A stretch of DNA of 64,000 bases from Heptranchias perlo (taxonomy: Eukaryota), in contig NC_090352.1 in assembly GCF_035084215.1 (NCBI RefSeq), positions 35,650,001 to 35,714,000 on the forward strand. Reading direction: 5' to 3'. Position 1 is the first letter of the stretch, and every line of letters starts with the position of its first letter. Below, piece after piece: positions 36,041 through 49,762 of this stretch. The notes beneath the pieces are model-generated. The model was not told where the DNA came from. It saw nothing but the letters and a program-made list of their open reading frames with translations, and made no database searches. A program made the position numbers and the translations under genes.

Positions 36041-37547
36041 AGGGCACTGAGGGTTGCGTTGGCGACGGACGGCGAGGAAGCGGCCTGGAAGGACGAAGAG
36101 ATGTGCGTGGTGGGGATATTCGGCAAGACGTCGGAGCTAAGCGCCGAGAAATACGCCATCGTCAACACCCTGTGCGACAAGCCGGTCTTCCCTTTGTATC
36201 CGAGGGCTGGCGACGACCATCGTCACCAGGGCAACAACAACTTGCTGCAGTGCTACTACAACCAGGACAGCAAAGTCCTCTACCTGCTCCTCACCGCCGT
36301 CTGCGACAACCACCAGCTGCTCCAGGCCTGCAGGGCCTTGGCTGACGACGTTTCCCACGCCGAAGCCCACGAGTTCTGGAAGGGGGAGGAGAAGCTCCAC
36401 TGCATCCATCTGCTCTACCTCTTCTCCGTTTCCCACATCCTCCTGCTGGTCCATCCCACCTGCTCCTTCGACATCACTTACGACCGTCTCTTTCGAGCCC
36501 TGGACAGCCTCAGGCAAAAGGTCCTCCCCTACCTAAAGAACGCGATTAAGGATTGCCCGGTAGGGAAGGAATGGCGATTGAACTGTAGACCCTGCCCTCC
36601 TAGACTCCTCTTCATTTTCCAGCTCAATGGGGCGTTGAAGGTCGAGCCTAAGTGTCTAGACCCCTCCAATTTGGATAAACCCAAGAAGCACTCTCCTAAA
36701 AGGAGGCTCCAACATGCCTTGGAGGATCAGATCTATAGGATTTTCAGGAAGAGCAGAGTGCTGACCAACCAGAGCATTAATTGTTTGTTTACCGTCCCTG
36801 CCAACCAGGCATTTGTTTACGTGGTGGCTGGGCAGGGGGACGACCCAATCAGTATGCTGATAGGGCAGCTGAAAAATACCTGTGCCATCAGGGAGCATGA
36901 ATCCCTCCCAGTTTCTGGGTCACGGCGTTATCAGATGATAAGGCATGTCCGCCAGCCGTCCTTCATACTGGAAAGCAGTCTCAACAGCTCCAGCGGCCAG
37001 CTGGTGGACTGCACCTTGAAGGAGTTTCTGTGGCAACACGTGGAGCTGGTTCTGACCAAAAAGGGATTCGAGGATAGTGTAGGGAGGAACCCACAGCCGT
37101 CACACTTTGAACTTCCTGCCTATAAAAATTGGCTGGCTGTGGCCTCAAAACTCTATGACGTGATGATAAGCGGGAAGGATGAAGACCTTGGATTTCTTTC
37201 TGGAGATCTTTCGTCCAAGATACAGGGACAGCTGAAAGGGCTTGAAGGGTTTTTGGATGCGGATAATAAGTTTTCAGAAAACCGCTGCCAAAAGGCTCTG
37301 CCGCTGGCTCACAGTGCCTACCAGTCCAATCTGCCGCACCATTACACCACGACTGTCCATAAGAACCAGTTGGCACAGGCCCTACGCGTCTACAGTCAGC
37401 ATGCGCGCGGACCAGCCTTCCAGAAGTATGCCATGCAGCTGCATGAGGACTGCTATAAGTTCTGGAGTAACGGGCATCAGTTGTGCGAAGAGAGGAGTTT
37501 AACGGATCAACACTGTGTTCACAAATTCCATCTACTGCCCAAGCCAG
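36029..37547 (+). CDS. SMG8: Nonsense-mediated decay factor SMG8, exon 1
   Basis: CVVGIFGK, CRPCPPRLLF, KKHSPKRRLQHALEDQIYRIFRKSR and FSENRCQKALPLA. Strong Kozak ATG at 36029, donor G|GTGAGC. Confidence 0.97.
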
Positions 37548-38379
37548 GTGAGCCATAAGGAGAGGGCTTCATCATGGCAGGGGGAGGGAAAAGGCTAGAG
37601 AATCGAGTTAGTTTACATGAATACAAACACCCTACCTAGTAGCAAAGTGGTAGAGAGCCCGACACAACTCTGCAATATTTATACTGACAGGAGTATTTGA
37701 GATTTAGTTCTACAAATTTATCAGATTATTTTATTATAACCAAAGAAAAATACATTCAGAAGGTTTGCACTGCAGCAGGAAACCGTGACTCTGGATTTTT
37801 ATTGAGGTTGGCATTGGTGTCTGCTTTGGTAATGACCCTATGGTCAAATGCCTACTAATACTCTGCAGGCTTATAAATGAAGAATAGACTATGGACATGT
37901 TAACCATGGATCTATATCTTGTCAGGGGTCCTAACCTTCAGGCCAGGAGGGGAAGGGGAATTTTGGGAATGCAAGGTTGTCACAAGGATCTTGGTAAAGT
38001 GTGCTGATGGGACTGACTTCCCTCCCTCCCCCTCCCCAGTACGTGAAGCTGTTAATTTGTTTCCTTTCGTTTTTTTCTTCTCATTTTTCTTTCTTTATAT
38101 ATTCTACCCCCATCCCTAGTTCCTTTTTCTAGTTCTAAGTTTTCATTCTCACCTATAGCCCCTTGTTTGATCACATCATTTCTGGAACCCACAATCTTAT
38201 TATCTGTCTCTTTCCTACTACCTCCGTGCATTGTTGATTGTGGCATGTTAAGCCCAATATGTTTAATGAAATTTAATAAATTTTTGAAATAGGGAGGCTC
38301 AAAGAGATACATGTACTAAAGTTTTTATTTTACTATTTCTGCAGTGTAACACCATAAGGGTTTGGAAGCCTTGCTTTTC

Positions 38380-38755
38380 AAATTCTCATCCTTGTTTTCA
38401 AATCCCTCCATGGCCTTGCCCCTCCCGAGCTATGCAACCTCCTCCAACCCTCCGAAATCTCTGCGCTCCTCCAATTCTGGCCTCTTGAGCTTCCCCAATT
38501 TTCTTCACTCCACCGTTGGCGCCGTGCCTTCAGCTGCCTCGGTCCTAATTCCCTCCCTAAAGCTCTCTGCCTCTCTACACCTCTCTCCTCTTTTAAGACG
38601 CTCCTTAAAACCTACCTCTTTGACCAAGCTTTTCATTACCTGTCCCAATACTTCCTTATCTGGCTTGGTGTTAAATTTTGTTTGATAACGCTCTTGTGAA
38701 GCACCTCTGGATGTTTTACTACGTTAAAGACGCTGTATAAATGCAAGTTGCTGTT
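38380..38755 (+). mobile_element. L2-like LINE 3' end
   Basis: TTCAAATCCCTCCATGGCCTTGCCCC...CTGCGCTCCTCCAATTCTGG and a tail ending ATAAATGCAAGTTG. Confidence 0.8.
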
Positions 38756-39711
38756 CTGGCGCTGGACTAGCAGTGAGTTAAAATTTCATTGCAATCTCTA
38801 AGATTGAATTCAATAACTGGTTATTTGTAGGCCGGCACCAGGAAAAGAAAAATTACCATAAAAGCTACCATTTTGTCATAAAAACCCAACTGGTTCACTA
38901 ACATCCTTCAGGGAAAGGAACCTGCCCCCAACCCTGGTTCAACCTGTACGTGATTCCAATCCCACACTATGTGGTTGGATGTTAACTGCTCTGAAATGGC
39001 CTAGTAAGCCAGAACAGTTAGGGATGGGCATAAATGCAGGCTTGACAGCACACAAAAAATTGCAATGGTAACATACAATATATATTTAAGCAGATAAACA
39101 TAGCATTCCTAATGTTGTTAACATTTATATGGTGCCAGGAGTCACCCGAATCACGTCTGCATTATTATTAACATTAATTATAGAGTAGAAGGTGTTGATA
39201 TCTCATCATCCATACAAGGGAGACCAATTTCCAGAATCGTGGAAGTCTTGTGGACCCCCGGTTGACTGGGAGAGCAGATGCTGAAGGGTCATCTAGTCAT
39301 TAAATCTGAGCTACAGAAGACCGAGCATAGGGATTGATAATGAAGACGAATGAACAGTACAGAAATTAGAAGAAGCACCAGAGCTAAATCAAATGGGCAG
39401 GAAAAAGTAGGACCTAGGGTGGCTGAAATCCAGGAGAACACCCATCCCACAAAGGGGAAGGCTCAGAACCTCTCACCAGCGTCTTTTACACCAGGTATTT
39501 CCCATGAATGTTTTTAATGAGCTTTATGTGGGACGTGGGAGGGTGGAGCATCGTGTCGCAGTGCCAACATCTTGCATCACAGAGTCAAGTCAGTGATTCT
39601 CTGTATAAGTGAGTTGCTATTCTTAGTCATGGGAAGATGCTGAGTAAGGACTGTGGGCAATCCCCTCGAGAACAGAGGGATAGTCACTCTGGACCACTCG
39701 CATGCACCACC

Positions 39712-40015
39712 TTTTTTTTTAAAATTCAAGGCCAGCATTTATTGCCCATCCCTAATTGCCCTTGAGAAGGTGGTGGTGAGCCGCCTTCTTGAACCGCTGC
39801 TGTCCATATGGTGAAGGTTCTCCCACAGTGTTGTTAGGGAGGGAGTTCCAGGATTTTGACCCAGCGACGATGAAGGGACGGCGATATATTTCCAAGTCGG
39901 GATGATGTGTGACTTGGAGGGGAACGTGCAGGTGGTGTTGTTCCCATGTGCCTGCTGCCCTTGTCCTTCTAGGTGGTAGAGGTCGCAGGTTTGGGAGGTG
40001 CTGTCGAAGAAGCTT
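39712..40015 (-). mobile_element. RTE/RTE-X-like 3' end
   Basis: Near-copy of 32940-33215. Confidence 0.7.
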
Positions 40016-40075
40016 ATTGGCTGATTTCAAATATATTTGCCAGTGTTATTCTGCAAACAGATCGCACGGTGGTGC

Positions 40076-40208
40076 AAAAGCAAAATACTGCAGATGCTGG
40101 AAATCTGAAATCAAAAGAGAAATTGCTGGAAACACTCAGCAGGTCAGGCAGCATCTGTGGTGCCAGAAACAGAGTTAAAGTTTCAGGTTGATGACCTCTC
40201 ATCAGAAC
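40076..40208 (-). mobile_element. Penelope solo pLTR with a hammerhead motif (40174-40208)
   Basis: Homologous to 20965-21062. Minus strand reads GTT-CTGATGA-GAGGTCATCAACCT-GAAA-CTTT-AAC. Confidence 0.75.
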
Positions 40209-40584
40209 AGTGATATTCTCTGCTGACAATTTGTTTTATTCCCTCTCTCTATATTTTTTTTGCTCTTGGTGAGAGACCAGGAGAAATCCTCTCACTCAAC
40301 AGGGACCGATGATGAACCAACGTTCTAGGCTGGTGGCCCGGTGCAGAACGTGTTGGGGGGTTCCTTTCTTTTGGATGAGGTGTTGAACCAAAACCCCAAT
40401 TTTCTGTGCCCAGTGGTTCAGGGGAGCATTAAGGATTCCATGGCACTATTTAAAGAAGAGCAGGGGGTTTAGTCCAGTCCTGGTCAACATCCCTCACTCA
40501 ACCAATATTACCAAAAAAAAACAGATTACCAGTCATCCATTTCATTACAGTTTGTGGGATGTTGCTGACAAAATGGAATTTACA

Positions 40585-41160
40585 TTACATAGAATGTACA
40601 GAACAGAAACAGGCCATCTGGTCCGCACTGGTGTTTATGCTCCACACAAGTCCTCCCATCCGTCTTCAGATCAGAATAACCTTCTATTCCTTTCTCCCTC
40701 ATGTGTTATCTAGCTTCCCCTTAAACGCATTTATGTTATTCATGTCAACTACTCTCTGTGATAGTGAGTTCTACATTCTCACCACTCTCTGGGTAAAGAA
40801 GTTTTTCCTGAATTCCCTATTAGATTTATTAGTGACTATCTTGCATTTAAGGCTCCTAGTTTTGCACCCCACCTCCTCAGCCCCAACAAATGGAAACACC
40901 TCTGTCTACCCTATCAAACCCTCTCATAATCTTAAAGATAATCAGGTCACTCCTCAGCCTCTTTTCTAGAGAAACGAGCTCCAGCCTGTTCAATTTTTCC
41001 TGAAAGCTGTAACCTCTCAGTTCTGGTATCAACCTTGTAAAAATAATTTGCTCCTTCTCCAGTGTCTGTATATCCTTTTTATACAATGGAGAACAGAACT
41101 GTACAGTACTCCTTAAGTGTGGTTTAACCAAGGTACCATATAAGTTTAACATAACTTCTC
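40585..41160 (-). mobile_element. CR1-like LINE 3' fragment
   Basis: LNLYGTLVKPHL...FTRLIPELRG peptide. Confidence 0.85.
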
Positions 41161-41411
41161 AATAGCATTTGCCTACATTACAGTCGTTGCACCTCAAGGG
41201 TAATTAATTGCCATTAAAGCGCTTGAGACGTTTCGACATGATGTGGTGCAATATAAGTGCAAGCAAAGCGTCGTCATTAACCGAGGCTGGATGCAAGTCT
41301 CCTTCTCCCCTATTGCCCATGGAGGAAAGTGCAACAATAATGAAATATCTAATGGCACTTGAATACACTTTTTTTTTTGTGTGTGTGTGTGTTTGCCTTT
41401 GTTTCTTGCAG

Positions 41412-41557
41412 GGGAAAAACCAGAGCCTGACAGGAATCCACCCGTGCTGTATCACAACAGCCGCGCTCGCTCCACCAGTTCCTGCAACTGCGGTCGCAGG
41501 CAAGCCCCCCGCGACGATCCCTTCGACATCAAGTCGGGCAATTACGATTTCTATCAG
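41412..41557 (+). CDS. SMG8: SMG8 exon 2
   Basis: EKPEPDRNPPVLYHNSRARST...FDIKSGNYDFYQ. TTGCAG acceptor, GTACGG donor, phase 1 to 0. Confidence 0.95.
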
Positions 41558-41635
41558 GTACGGCGGGCATTGCTACATGTTACAGGTAGACCTAGGGCAT
41601 TAAATATGGACAAGTGGGCAAATATCTTTTGCGAT

Positions 41636-41880
41636 TACTTTTTTTTCATAAAATATACTTTATTCGTAAAATTTGTAGCGAAACATACAATACAGTTGTC
41701 ATATCACATTCCAAATGTACACAATACAGATTATACAATTTGCAGGTTACATCAAGTACAGTTCAATGAACACATTGTACATAATTACAGTTCATGACAC
41801 TCTGGGGTGTCTCATTGCATTATACTCAATACAGATTATTGATAACAGATTCATTATGGGTACATTACAGATTACTGTGC
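41636..41880 (-). mobile_element. Tx1-like LINE 3' UTR fragment
   Basis: T-tract followed by AAAATATACTTTATTC. Close copy at 52748-53088. Confidence 0.65.
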
Positions 41881-42236
41881 TAGTGAGACTACTTTCTCCA
41901 TTTATTTGCACCACTTTCTTTCCTGTTGTAGTGATAGACATAAATGGGGAGAGACTCTGGTGGCTGGTGATGGGGGTAGATGCCTAGAAGTGGGTCTGCT
42001 CTTTTGACCTAGGAGTCAGGCCGGGTATTAATTTTTCATAGAATGGGCTCAGAAAAATAAAAATTTATATAGCGCTTTACAGCCAATGAGATACTTTTGA
42101 AGTTTTATCACTATTGTAATGTAAGAAATTTGGCAGCCAATCTATGCACAGCAAGGTCCCACAAACAACAATAAGATCATGACCAGACTCAGGCATGTGC
42201 ACTACCATTAAGCCAAGGCTGACACCCAAACCCATA

Positions 42237-42682
42237 ATGTCAGTTTGGCTCAGTTGATCACATTCTTACCTCTGAGGCAAAAGGATGTGGGTTCGGACAC
42301 CACTCCAGAACTTGAGCAGATATTCCAGACTGACACTTCAGTGCAGTACTGAGGGAGTGCGGCACTGCCAGAGGTGCCGTCGTTCAGAAGAGATGCTATG
42401 CCAAGGTCCCGTCTGCCTGTTTCAGTGGTTCAGGTTAAAGATCTTGTGGTAATCTTCAAAGAAGAACAAAGGAGTTCTCCCAGTGTCTTGACCATCATTT
42501 ATCTCTCAATCAACACCACCAAAAACAGATTAACTGACCGTTCATTTCATTGCTGACCGTCTGCAGAATGGTTGTCATATTCATTCACATAACAACAGTA
42601 ACTTGCACAATGTGAGTAATTCTACATGAAGCACTTTGGGACATTTCTGAGAGGTATAATAAGGTGCTATATAAATGCAAGA
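42237..42682 (+). mobile_element. DeuSINE/SacSINE1-like SINE, full length
   Basis: A box TGGCTCAGTTG, B box GGTTCGGACAC, shared core and L2-like tail. Confidence 0.75.
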
Positions 42683-42949
42683 TTTTTGCCTGAAAGCTTA
42701 TCACGTATAAGTTGTAAAGAACTTTTAACTACACAAAAAAGTCAACTTACATTTAGATAACATTCTTCACTTTGGAAATATGTCTGATTGCTTTCCGGAA
42801 AGGAGAACATTATTTTTCAAAATCTCTATTAAACCTTTTTAGCCTTCTCTGCTCCAGTATCTCAAGTCTCATAACTAGAGTTTCACATCTCTGGCATCAT
42901 CCTGGTGAATCTACACTGTGCGATCTTTGAATAATAACGTAGAGGAATA

Positions 42950-43775
42950 TCAACAATAACTTGCATTTGTAAAGCACCTTTAACGTAGTAAAACATCCCA
43001 AGGTGCTTCACAGGAATGTTATGAAACAAAATTTGACACTGAGGCACATGAGATATTTGGATAGGTGAAGAAAAGCAAAAGAGGTAGGTTTTAAGGAGAG
43101 TCTTAAAGGGGAGAGAGTGGCGGAGAGGTTTAGGGAGGGAATTCCAGAGCTTAGGGCCTAGGCAGCTGAAAGCACGGCCGCCAATGGTGGAGCGATAAAA
43201 ATCAGCGATGCACAAGAGGCCAGAATTGGAGGAGCGCAGAGATCTCGGAGGGTTGTAGGGCTGGAGGAGGTTACAGATATCGGGAGGGGCGAGGCCATGG
43301 AGGGATTTGAAAACAAGAATGAGAATTTTAAAACTGAGGCGTTGCCAGATCGGGAGCCATTGTAGGTCAGCAAGCACAGGGGTGAACAGGACTTGGTGCG
43401 AGTTAGAACATAAGATAAGAAATAGGAGCAGGAGTAAGCCATACGGCCCCTCGAACCTGCTCCACCATTCAATAAGATGGCTGATCTTTGACCTCAACTT
43501 CACTTTCCTGCCCTATCCTCATATCTCTTGATTTCCCCTAGAGTCCAAAAATCTATCTATCTCAGCCTTGAATATACTCAACGACTGAGCAGCCACAGTC
43601 CTCTGGGGAAGAGAATTCCAAAGATTCACAACCCTCTGATTGAAGAAATTTCTCCTCGTCTCAGTCCTAAATGGCTGATCCCTTATCCTGCAACTATGCC
43701 CCCTAGTTCTAGACTCTTCAGCCAGGAGAATCAAGAAGAGGATACCGGCAGCAGAGTTTTGGATCTAAGTGTTGC
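42950..43775 (-). mobile_element. L2-like LINE 3' fragment with a CR1 3' end nested at about 43406-43735
   Basis: TPVLADLQWLPIWQRLSFKILILVFKSLHGLAP (L2 RT C-terminus), split by a segment encoding RRNFFNQRVVNLWNSLP. Confidence 0.8.
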
Positions 43776-43824
43776 AGAATGTACTCGAATACTAGGTGTG
43801 GGAAAATTGTAAATTGTAAACTGC

Positions 43825-44362
43825 AGCTATACAAAACCCTGGTTTGACCGCACCTGGAGTAGTGAGCAGTTCTGGGCACCGCACCTTCGGAAGGACATAT
43901 TGGCCTTGGAGGAAGTGCAGCGTAGGTTTACTAGAATGATACCCGGACTTCAAGAGTTAAGTTACGAGGAGAGATTACACAAATTGGGGTTGTATTCTCT
44001 GGAGTTTCGAAGGTTAAGGGGTGATCTGATCGAAGTTTAAAAGATATTAAGGGGAACCGATAGGGTGGATAGAGAGAAACTATTTCTGCTGGTTGGGGAT
44101 TCTAGCAGTAGGGGGCACAGTCTAAAAATTAGAGCCAAACCTTTCAGGAGTGAGAATAGAAAACACTTCTACACACAAAGGGTGGTAGAAGTTTGGAACT
44201 CTTTTCCGCAAACGGCAATTGATGCTAGCTCAATTGCTAATTTTAAATCTGAGATTAAGGGATATGGGCCAAAGGCAGGTATATGGAGTTAGATCACAGA
44301 TCAGCCATGATCTTATCAAATGGTGGAGCGGGCTTGAGGGGCTGAATGTTCGTATGTTCCTA
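43825..44362 (+). mobile_element. CR1-like LINE 3' fragment ending about 35 nt before the SMG8 exon 3 acceptor
   Basis: RKHFYTQRVVEVWNSFP peptide and an (ATGTTCGT)-type tail. Confidence 0.85.
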
Positions 44363-44399
44363 TGGATTGTCTGACTTTCTGTTTAAAATATCTTTGCAG

Positions 44400-45284
44400 C
44401 TTCAAGAAGAGAAATGCTGCGGGAAGCTCGAGCACTTTTATTTTCCTGTCTTCCAACCTAGCACTCCCGACCCAGCTCCAGCCAAGAACGATTCCACTGT
44501 GTCATCACTCCCCCCGCAAGAGGGCGAAGGAGAGAAAATGAAAGAAAAAGAGGCTCAGACCCAGGGGGAGAGCACCAGTCTCAGTTTGGCACTCAGTCTC
44601 GGTCAGTCCACGGACAGCCTGGGTGCGTTTCCCCCCGATCCCCATGCAGGGGGGGATAATCCTGAAGCCCACGGCCAAGGAGGGGAAGCTAAACAGGATA
44701 AGAGGCCCAGTGTTGTGGATCGGCAGGTGTCAACGGTGGAATATCTACCCGGCATGCTAAATTCCAGCTGTCCAAAGGGACTTTTGCCTAAATTTTCCAG
44801 TTGGTCCTTCGTCAAACTGGGCCCTTCCAAAGCATACAACTTTCACCGGGGCCTGGACCAGAGCGGCTTCATACCGGGGACTAACTACCTGATGCCTTGG
44901 GACATAGTCATCAAGACCAGATCCGAGGACGAAGTGGACATGGACAGTAATTCCTGGCCGGCCCCCAACAAGTCTGTACCGGCCAAACGGGCCAGCACAG
45001 TGATTGGCAGAGGCAGGCGGAGGGACGACATCGCTCGGGCGTTTGTTGGCTTTGAGTACGAGGATTCGCGAGGTCGTAGATTTATGTGCTCAGGGCCAGA
45101 AAAAATCATGAAGGTAATGGGGAGTGGGCCAAAAGAGTCCGCCATCAAAGCCCTCTCCTCAGACATGCCCCTGTACATCCTGTCTCCGTCCCAGGGCCGA
45201 GGACTTAAGCCACACTATGCCCAGCTCACAAGGCTGTTTATTGTGGTTCCTGATGCCCCGTTACAGATCATACTCACACCGCAG
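44400..45284 (+). CDS. SMG8: SMG8 exon 3
   Basis: EEKCCGKL, STVEYLPGML, LLPKFSSWS and RAFVGFEYEDSRGRRF. TTTGCAG acceptor, GTAAGG donor, 885 nt. Confidence 0.96.
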
Positions 45285-45507
45285 GTAAGGTTCCAACTCC
45301 AAAAATGTTTATCTGTTTCCTGCAACCTATCTATAATCCCCAGAGAGTAATAAAAGTGGAAGAGTGATTTCAAAGTGGAAATTCAATTGACCGGCTTCGA
45401 ATGACCTCATAAATCGTGAAAGTGAAACTTGAGCTGTTTATAACTGTTATGTTAAAGCCCTACGTTACTTCCTGATATGTTTATAACACACACTTGTTTC
45501 AGTTTCA

Positions 45508-47660
45508 TTCATAGAATGGTTACAGCACAGAAGGAGGCCATTCGGCCCATCAAGCCTGTGTTGGCTCTTTGCAAGAGCAATCCAGTTAGTCCCATTCCCC
45601 TGCAGCCCTGCAAATTTTTCCCATTGGATTTATTCAATTCCTTTTTGAAAGCCACGATTGTATCTGCTTCCGCCACCCTTTCAGGCAGCGCATTCCAGAT
45701 CATAACTACTCGTTGCGTAAAAGGGTTTATCCTTATGTCGCCTTTAGTTTTTTTGCAAGTCATGTTATATCTGTATCCACTGGTTCTTGACCCTTCTGCA
45801 AATGGGAACAGTTTTTCTTTATTTACTTTATCTAAACTCTTCATGATTTTGAACACCTCTATCAAATCTCCTCTCAACCTTCTCTGCTCTAAGGAGAACA
45901 ACCCCAGCTTCTCCAGTCTTTCCACGTAACTGAAATCCCTGGAACCATTCTAGTAAATCTTTTCTGCACCCTTTCTAAGGCCTTCATATCCTTCCTAAAG
46001 TGTGGTGCCCAGAATTGGAAACAATGCTCCAGTTGTGGCCGAACCAGTGTTTTATAAAGGTTCAACATAACTTCCTTGCTTTTGTACTCTATGCCTCTAT
46101 TTATAAAGCCCAGGATTCCATATGCTTTTTTTAACCACTTTCTCAACCTGTCCTGCCAATTTCAAAGATTTAAGGTCTCTCTGTTCCTGCACCCCCTTTA
46201 GAATTGTACTATTTAGTTTATATTGCCTCTCCTCGTTCTCCCTGCCAAAATGTATCATTTCACACTTCTCTGCATTAAATTTCATCTGCCATGTGTCCAC
46301 CCATTCCACCAGCCTGTCTGTCTTCTTGAAGTCTGTCTCTATCCCTCCTCACTGTTTATTACACTCTCAAGTTTAGTGTCATCTGCAAAGGATCTCAACT
46401 ACCTCCTCTTTTACTGTGACTTTGGCAGCATCTTCCTTGGTAAAAAGTACTCATTTAGTACCTTAACCATGCCCCTCCATGCATAGATCTCCTTTTTGGT
46501 CCCTAATCGGCCCCACCCCTCCTCTTACTACCCATTTACTATTTATATGCTTATTGAAGACTTTTCGATTGCCTTTTATGTTAGCCACAAATCTATTCTC
46601 ATACTCTCTCTTTGCTCCTCTTATTTCCTTTTTCACTTCGTCATCCAGGGAACTCTGGCTTTAGTTGCCCTACCTTCCCCCTCGTGGGAATGTACCTGGA
46701 CTGTCTCTACCGAACCGTCTCCTTTTTTAAAGACTGCCCATTGTTCAATTACAGTTTTGCCTGCCAATCTTTGATTCCAATTTACCTGGGCAGATCCGTT
46801 CTCAACGCACTGAAATTGGCCCTCCTCCAATTAAGTATTTTTGCTCTAGATTGCTCCTTGTCCTTTTCCATAATTAATCTAAACATTATGACACTATGAT
46901 CATTGCTCCCTAAATGTTCCCTCACTGACACTTGCTCCACTTGACCCATCTCATCCCCCAGAACCAGATCCAGCAATGCCTCCTTCCTTGTTGGGCTGGA
47001 AACATACTGATCAAGAATGTTCTCCTGAACATACTTCAGGAATTCCTCTCCCTCTTTGCCCTTTACACTATTACTATCCCAGTCTATATTAGGATAGTTG
47101 AAGTCCCCCATTATCATTACTCTATAGTTCTTTGACCTCTCTGTAATTTCCCTGCAAATTTGCTCCTCTATATCCTTTCCACTAATTGGTGGCCTATAGA
47201 ATACACCCAGTAGTGTAATGGCACCTCTATTGTTTCTTAACTCTAACCAAATAGATTCTGCCCTTGACCCCTCTTTCTCCAGCACTGCAATATTCTCCTT
47301 AATCAATACTGCTACCCCATCCTTTTTTTCCTTCCCTATCTTTCCTGAACACCTTGTATCCAGGAATATTCAGTACCCTATCCTGCCCTTTTTTGAGCCA
47401 GCACTCCATTATCGCCACTACATCCTATTCCCATGTGGCTATTTGCACCTGCAGCTCACCAACCATATTTACCATGCTTCGTGCATTTACACACATGCAC
47501 TCTAAACCTGTCTTAGACCTTCTCGTATTCTCTTTTAGCCTGATCCCACCTAATACTGTACTATTTCTTACTCTAGTGCTATCTGACTCTCCCAATCCTT
47601 TCTCCTTTCTAATGCTACATCCTGGTGCCCATCCACCTGCCAAATTAGTTTAAATCCTCT
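45508..47660 (-). mobile_element. CR1-like LINE, internally deleted (APE endonuclease plus RT C-terminus)
   Basis: NARSM, LGVFYRPP, MGDFNYP, LDLVL and NDH endonuclease motifs, plus LYKTLVRPQLE and RRLRGDLIE. Confidence 0.92.
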
Positions 47661-48643
47661 CCCTCAGCACTAGTTTCAGTTCTTGGGTTAAGACCAGCCA
47701 TCAGTGCAGACACTGACTGTCCATCATGTCCTTTTTTTTTATATTGCTTGCAATCGAGAAAATAACAAATTGCAACAATTGTCGTCATTAGAGGCAGACT
47801 TCAGTTGCTTGAGTTTCAGAAAAGCACCATATTGAGTTTGTGAAATTTGCATGTTATGTCCATTTGAGCTGTGAAAGCAGGAGAGGTATAGGATCACCCT
47901 TCCAAACCGGCATTGTGTCTGGAGAGAGAAGTTTGAGCGACATAATACAAGAGTGAAGTAGTTGTGGTAACATGTCGACTACTGGTAACAATGGGGACAA
48001 TTTGAGGTGATGAGTTTAGAGCGTCACACAAGAAATGCGTTGGCGTAACATTAAAGAGTATTGGCTTAAGTGCAATATTTATAGCACTATTAAATTGCCC
48101 ACGATAAGCTGATGAATATAATTTTCTTTTAAATACAGATGGTGAATTGGTAGAGAAGCTTCAGAAGTCACTCTGCAGAGCTGCCTAGTGGCCCGAGCCT
48201 GCAGCTGCATTGTGACAGTTGACGTAGCAAAATTAAATGGGAAATGTTGGCATAGCAATTTGCAATGGTAAATGTTAACACAAAAGCGTGACCAAAAATT
48301 GTGATGACATAATATTCTAACAATCCTATGAAAAATAGAGCTGTGTATATCATGAAATCCTTGGTTCTTAGCATCTGCCCAAGGGGATTAACGATTGTGA
48401 AGTTGTTGCAACATGTTTATTTCAGAAATAATCCTATCAGTAGATAAACCTTACTTGAATTAGACAGTTTCCCATTGATAGGTAAGCAGTTCCTTCCTTT
48501 GTTCATTTACTTTCTTAGTCTTTTATTGTGAACATCAGGCTTGCTTAGAATTGCCATCTCTTTAGAATTTAGTATTTTAGAACATCAATTCTATGCTTAT
48601 TCTCCCCTGCTTGAGAGGGGAGAGTGCTACCACTGAGTCAAGG

Positions 48644-48990
48644 TGTCAGCTGTGACTCAGTTTGTAGCACTCTCGCCTCCTGAGACAAAAGGCCGTGGAT
48701 TCAAGCCCCATTCCTGACACTTGAGCCCATAATCCAGGCTGACACTTTAGTGCATTATTGAGGGAGTGCTGCACTGTCGGAGATGCCATCTTTCGGATGA
48801 GAGGTTAAACCGAGGCCCCCTCTGTCCCCTCGGGTGGACTTAAAGGAAGACACAGCACTATTCGAAGAAGACTAGTGTTCTTCTGATTTCGTGGCTGATA
48901 TTTATCCCTCAACCAGTATCACTAAAACAGATTATCTGGTCATTTATCTCATTGCTGCTTATGGGACCTTCCTGTGCACAAATTGGCTGA
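48644..48990 (+). mobile_element. DeuSINE/SacSINE1-like SINE
   Basis: tRNA-like head and shared core. An opposite-strand copy lies at 49425-49627. Confidence 0.75.
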
Positions 48991-49762
48991 AGGATGAGTT
49001 TTGCTGGTCATAATGATGATGTGGGAGGGAAAACTAGGAGGGGGAGAGGAGGCTTAGACAAAGTGCACTGTTGGTGGTGTCTGTGTAGAAATATTCATGA
49101 ATTGAACCAAACTTTTTGTGATGGACGAGGGGTGGTGGCGTTCAGTGAACTTGGATGAAGAAAGATGAGGTTGGGGGAAGGCCATATCCTGTGGAATGTG
49201 GTTGAAATTTTATTTGGAAAGGTAAGACTCCCTCATCAAGACCTGGAACACACCGCCTGAAAGCAGAAGCAGATTCAATAGTAACTTTCAAAAGGGAATT
49301 GGATATGTACTTGAAAAGGAAAAATTTGCAGGGCTATGGGGAATGAGCAGGAGGATGGGACTAATTGGTTTGTTCTTTGGGATAGGCATGATGGGCCGAA
49401 TGGCTTCCTTTTGTGCTGTATGAATCTTTTACGCCCAAGTGAGAGGGCAGATGGGGCCTCGGTTCAACATTTCATCTGAAAGACCGCACTTCCGACAGTG
49501 CAGCACTCCCTCAGTATTGCACTGGGAGTGTCAGCCTAGATTATGTGCTCAAGTCTCTGGAGTGGGACTTGAACCCGTGACCTTCTGACTTAGAGGAGAG
49601 AGTGCTACCACTGAGTCATGGCTGGCACCTTATGTTCATTGTTGCAGTAGGCTTAGAGAATCCCCATTCCATGAAATATTTGCAATGTGGTAATTTTTTA
49701 ATTTGCTCGTGTAAGAATTTAGGTTTTTTTCCTGTAAGATTGAATTTCCCTTTACCTTGCAG

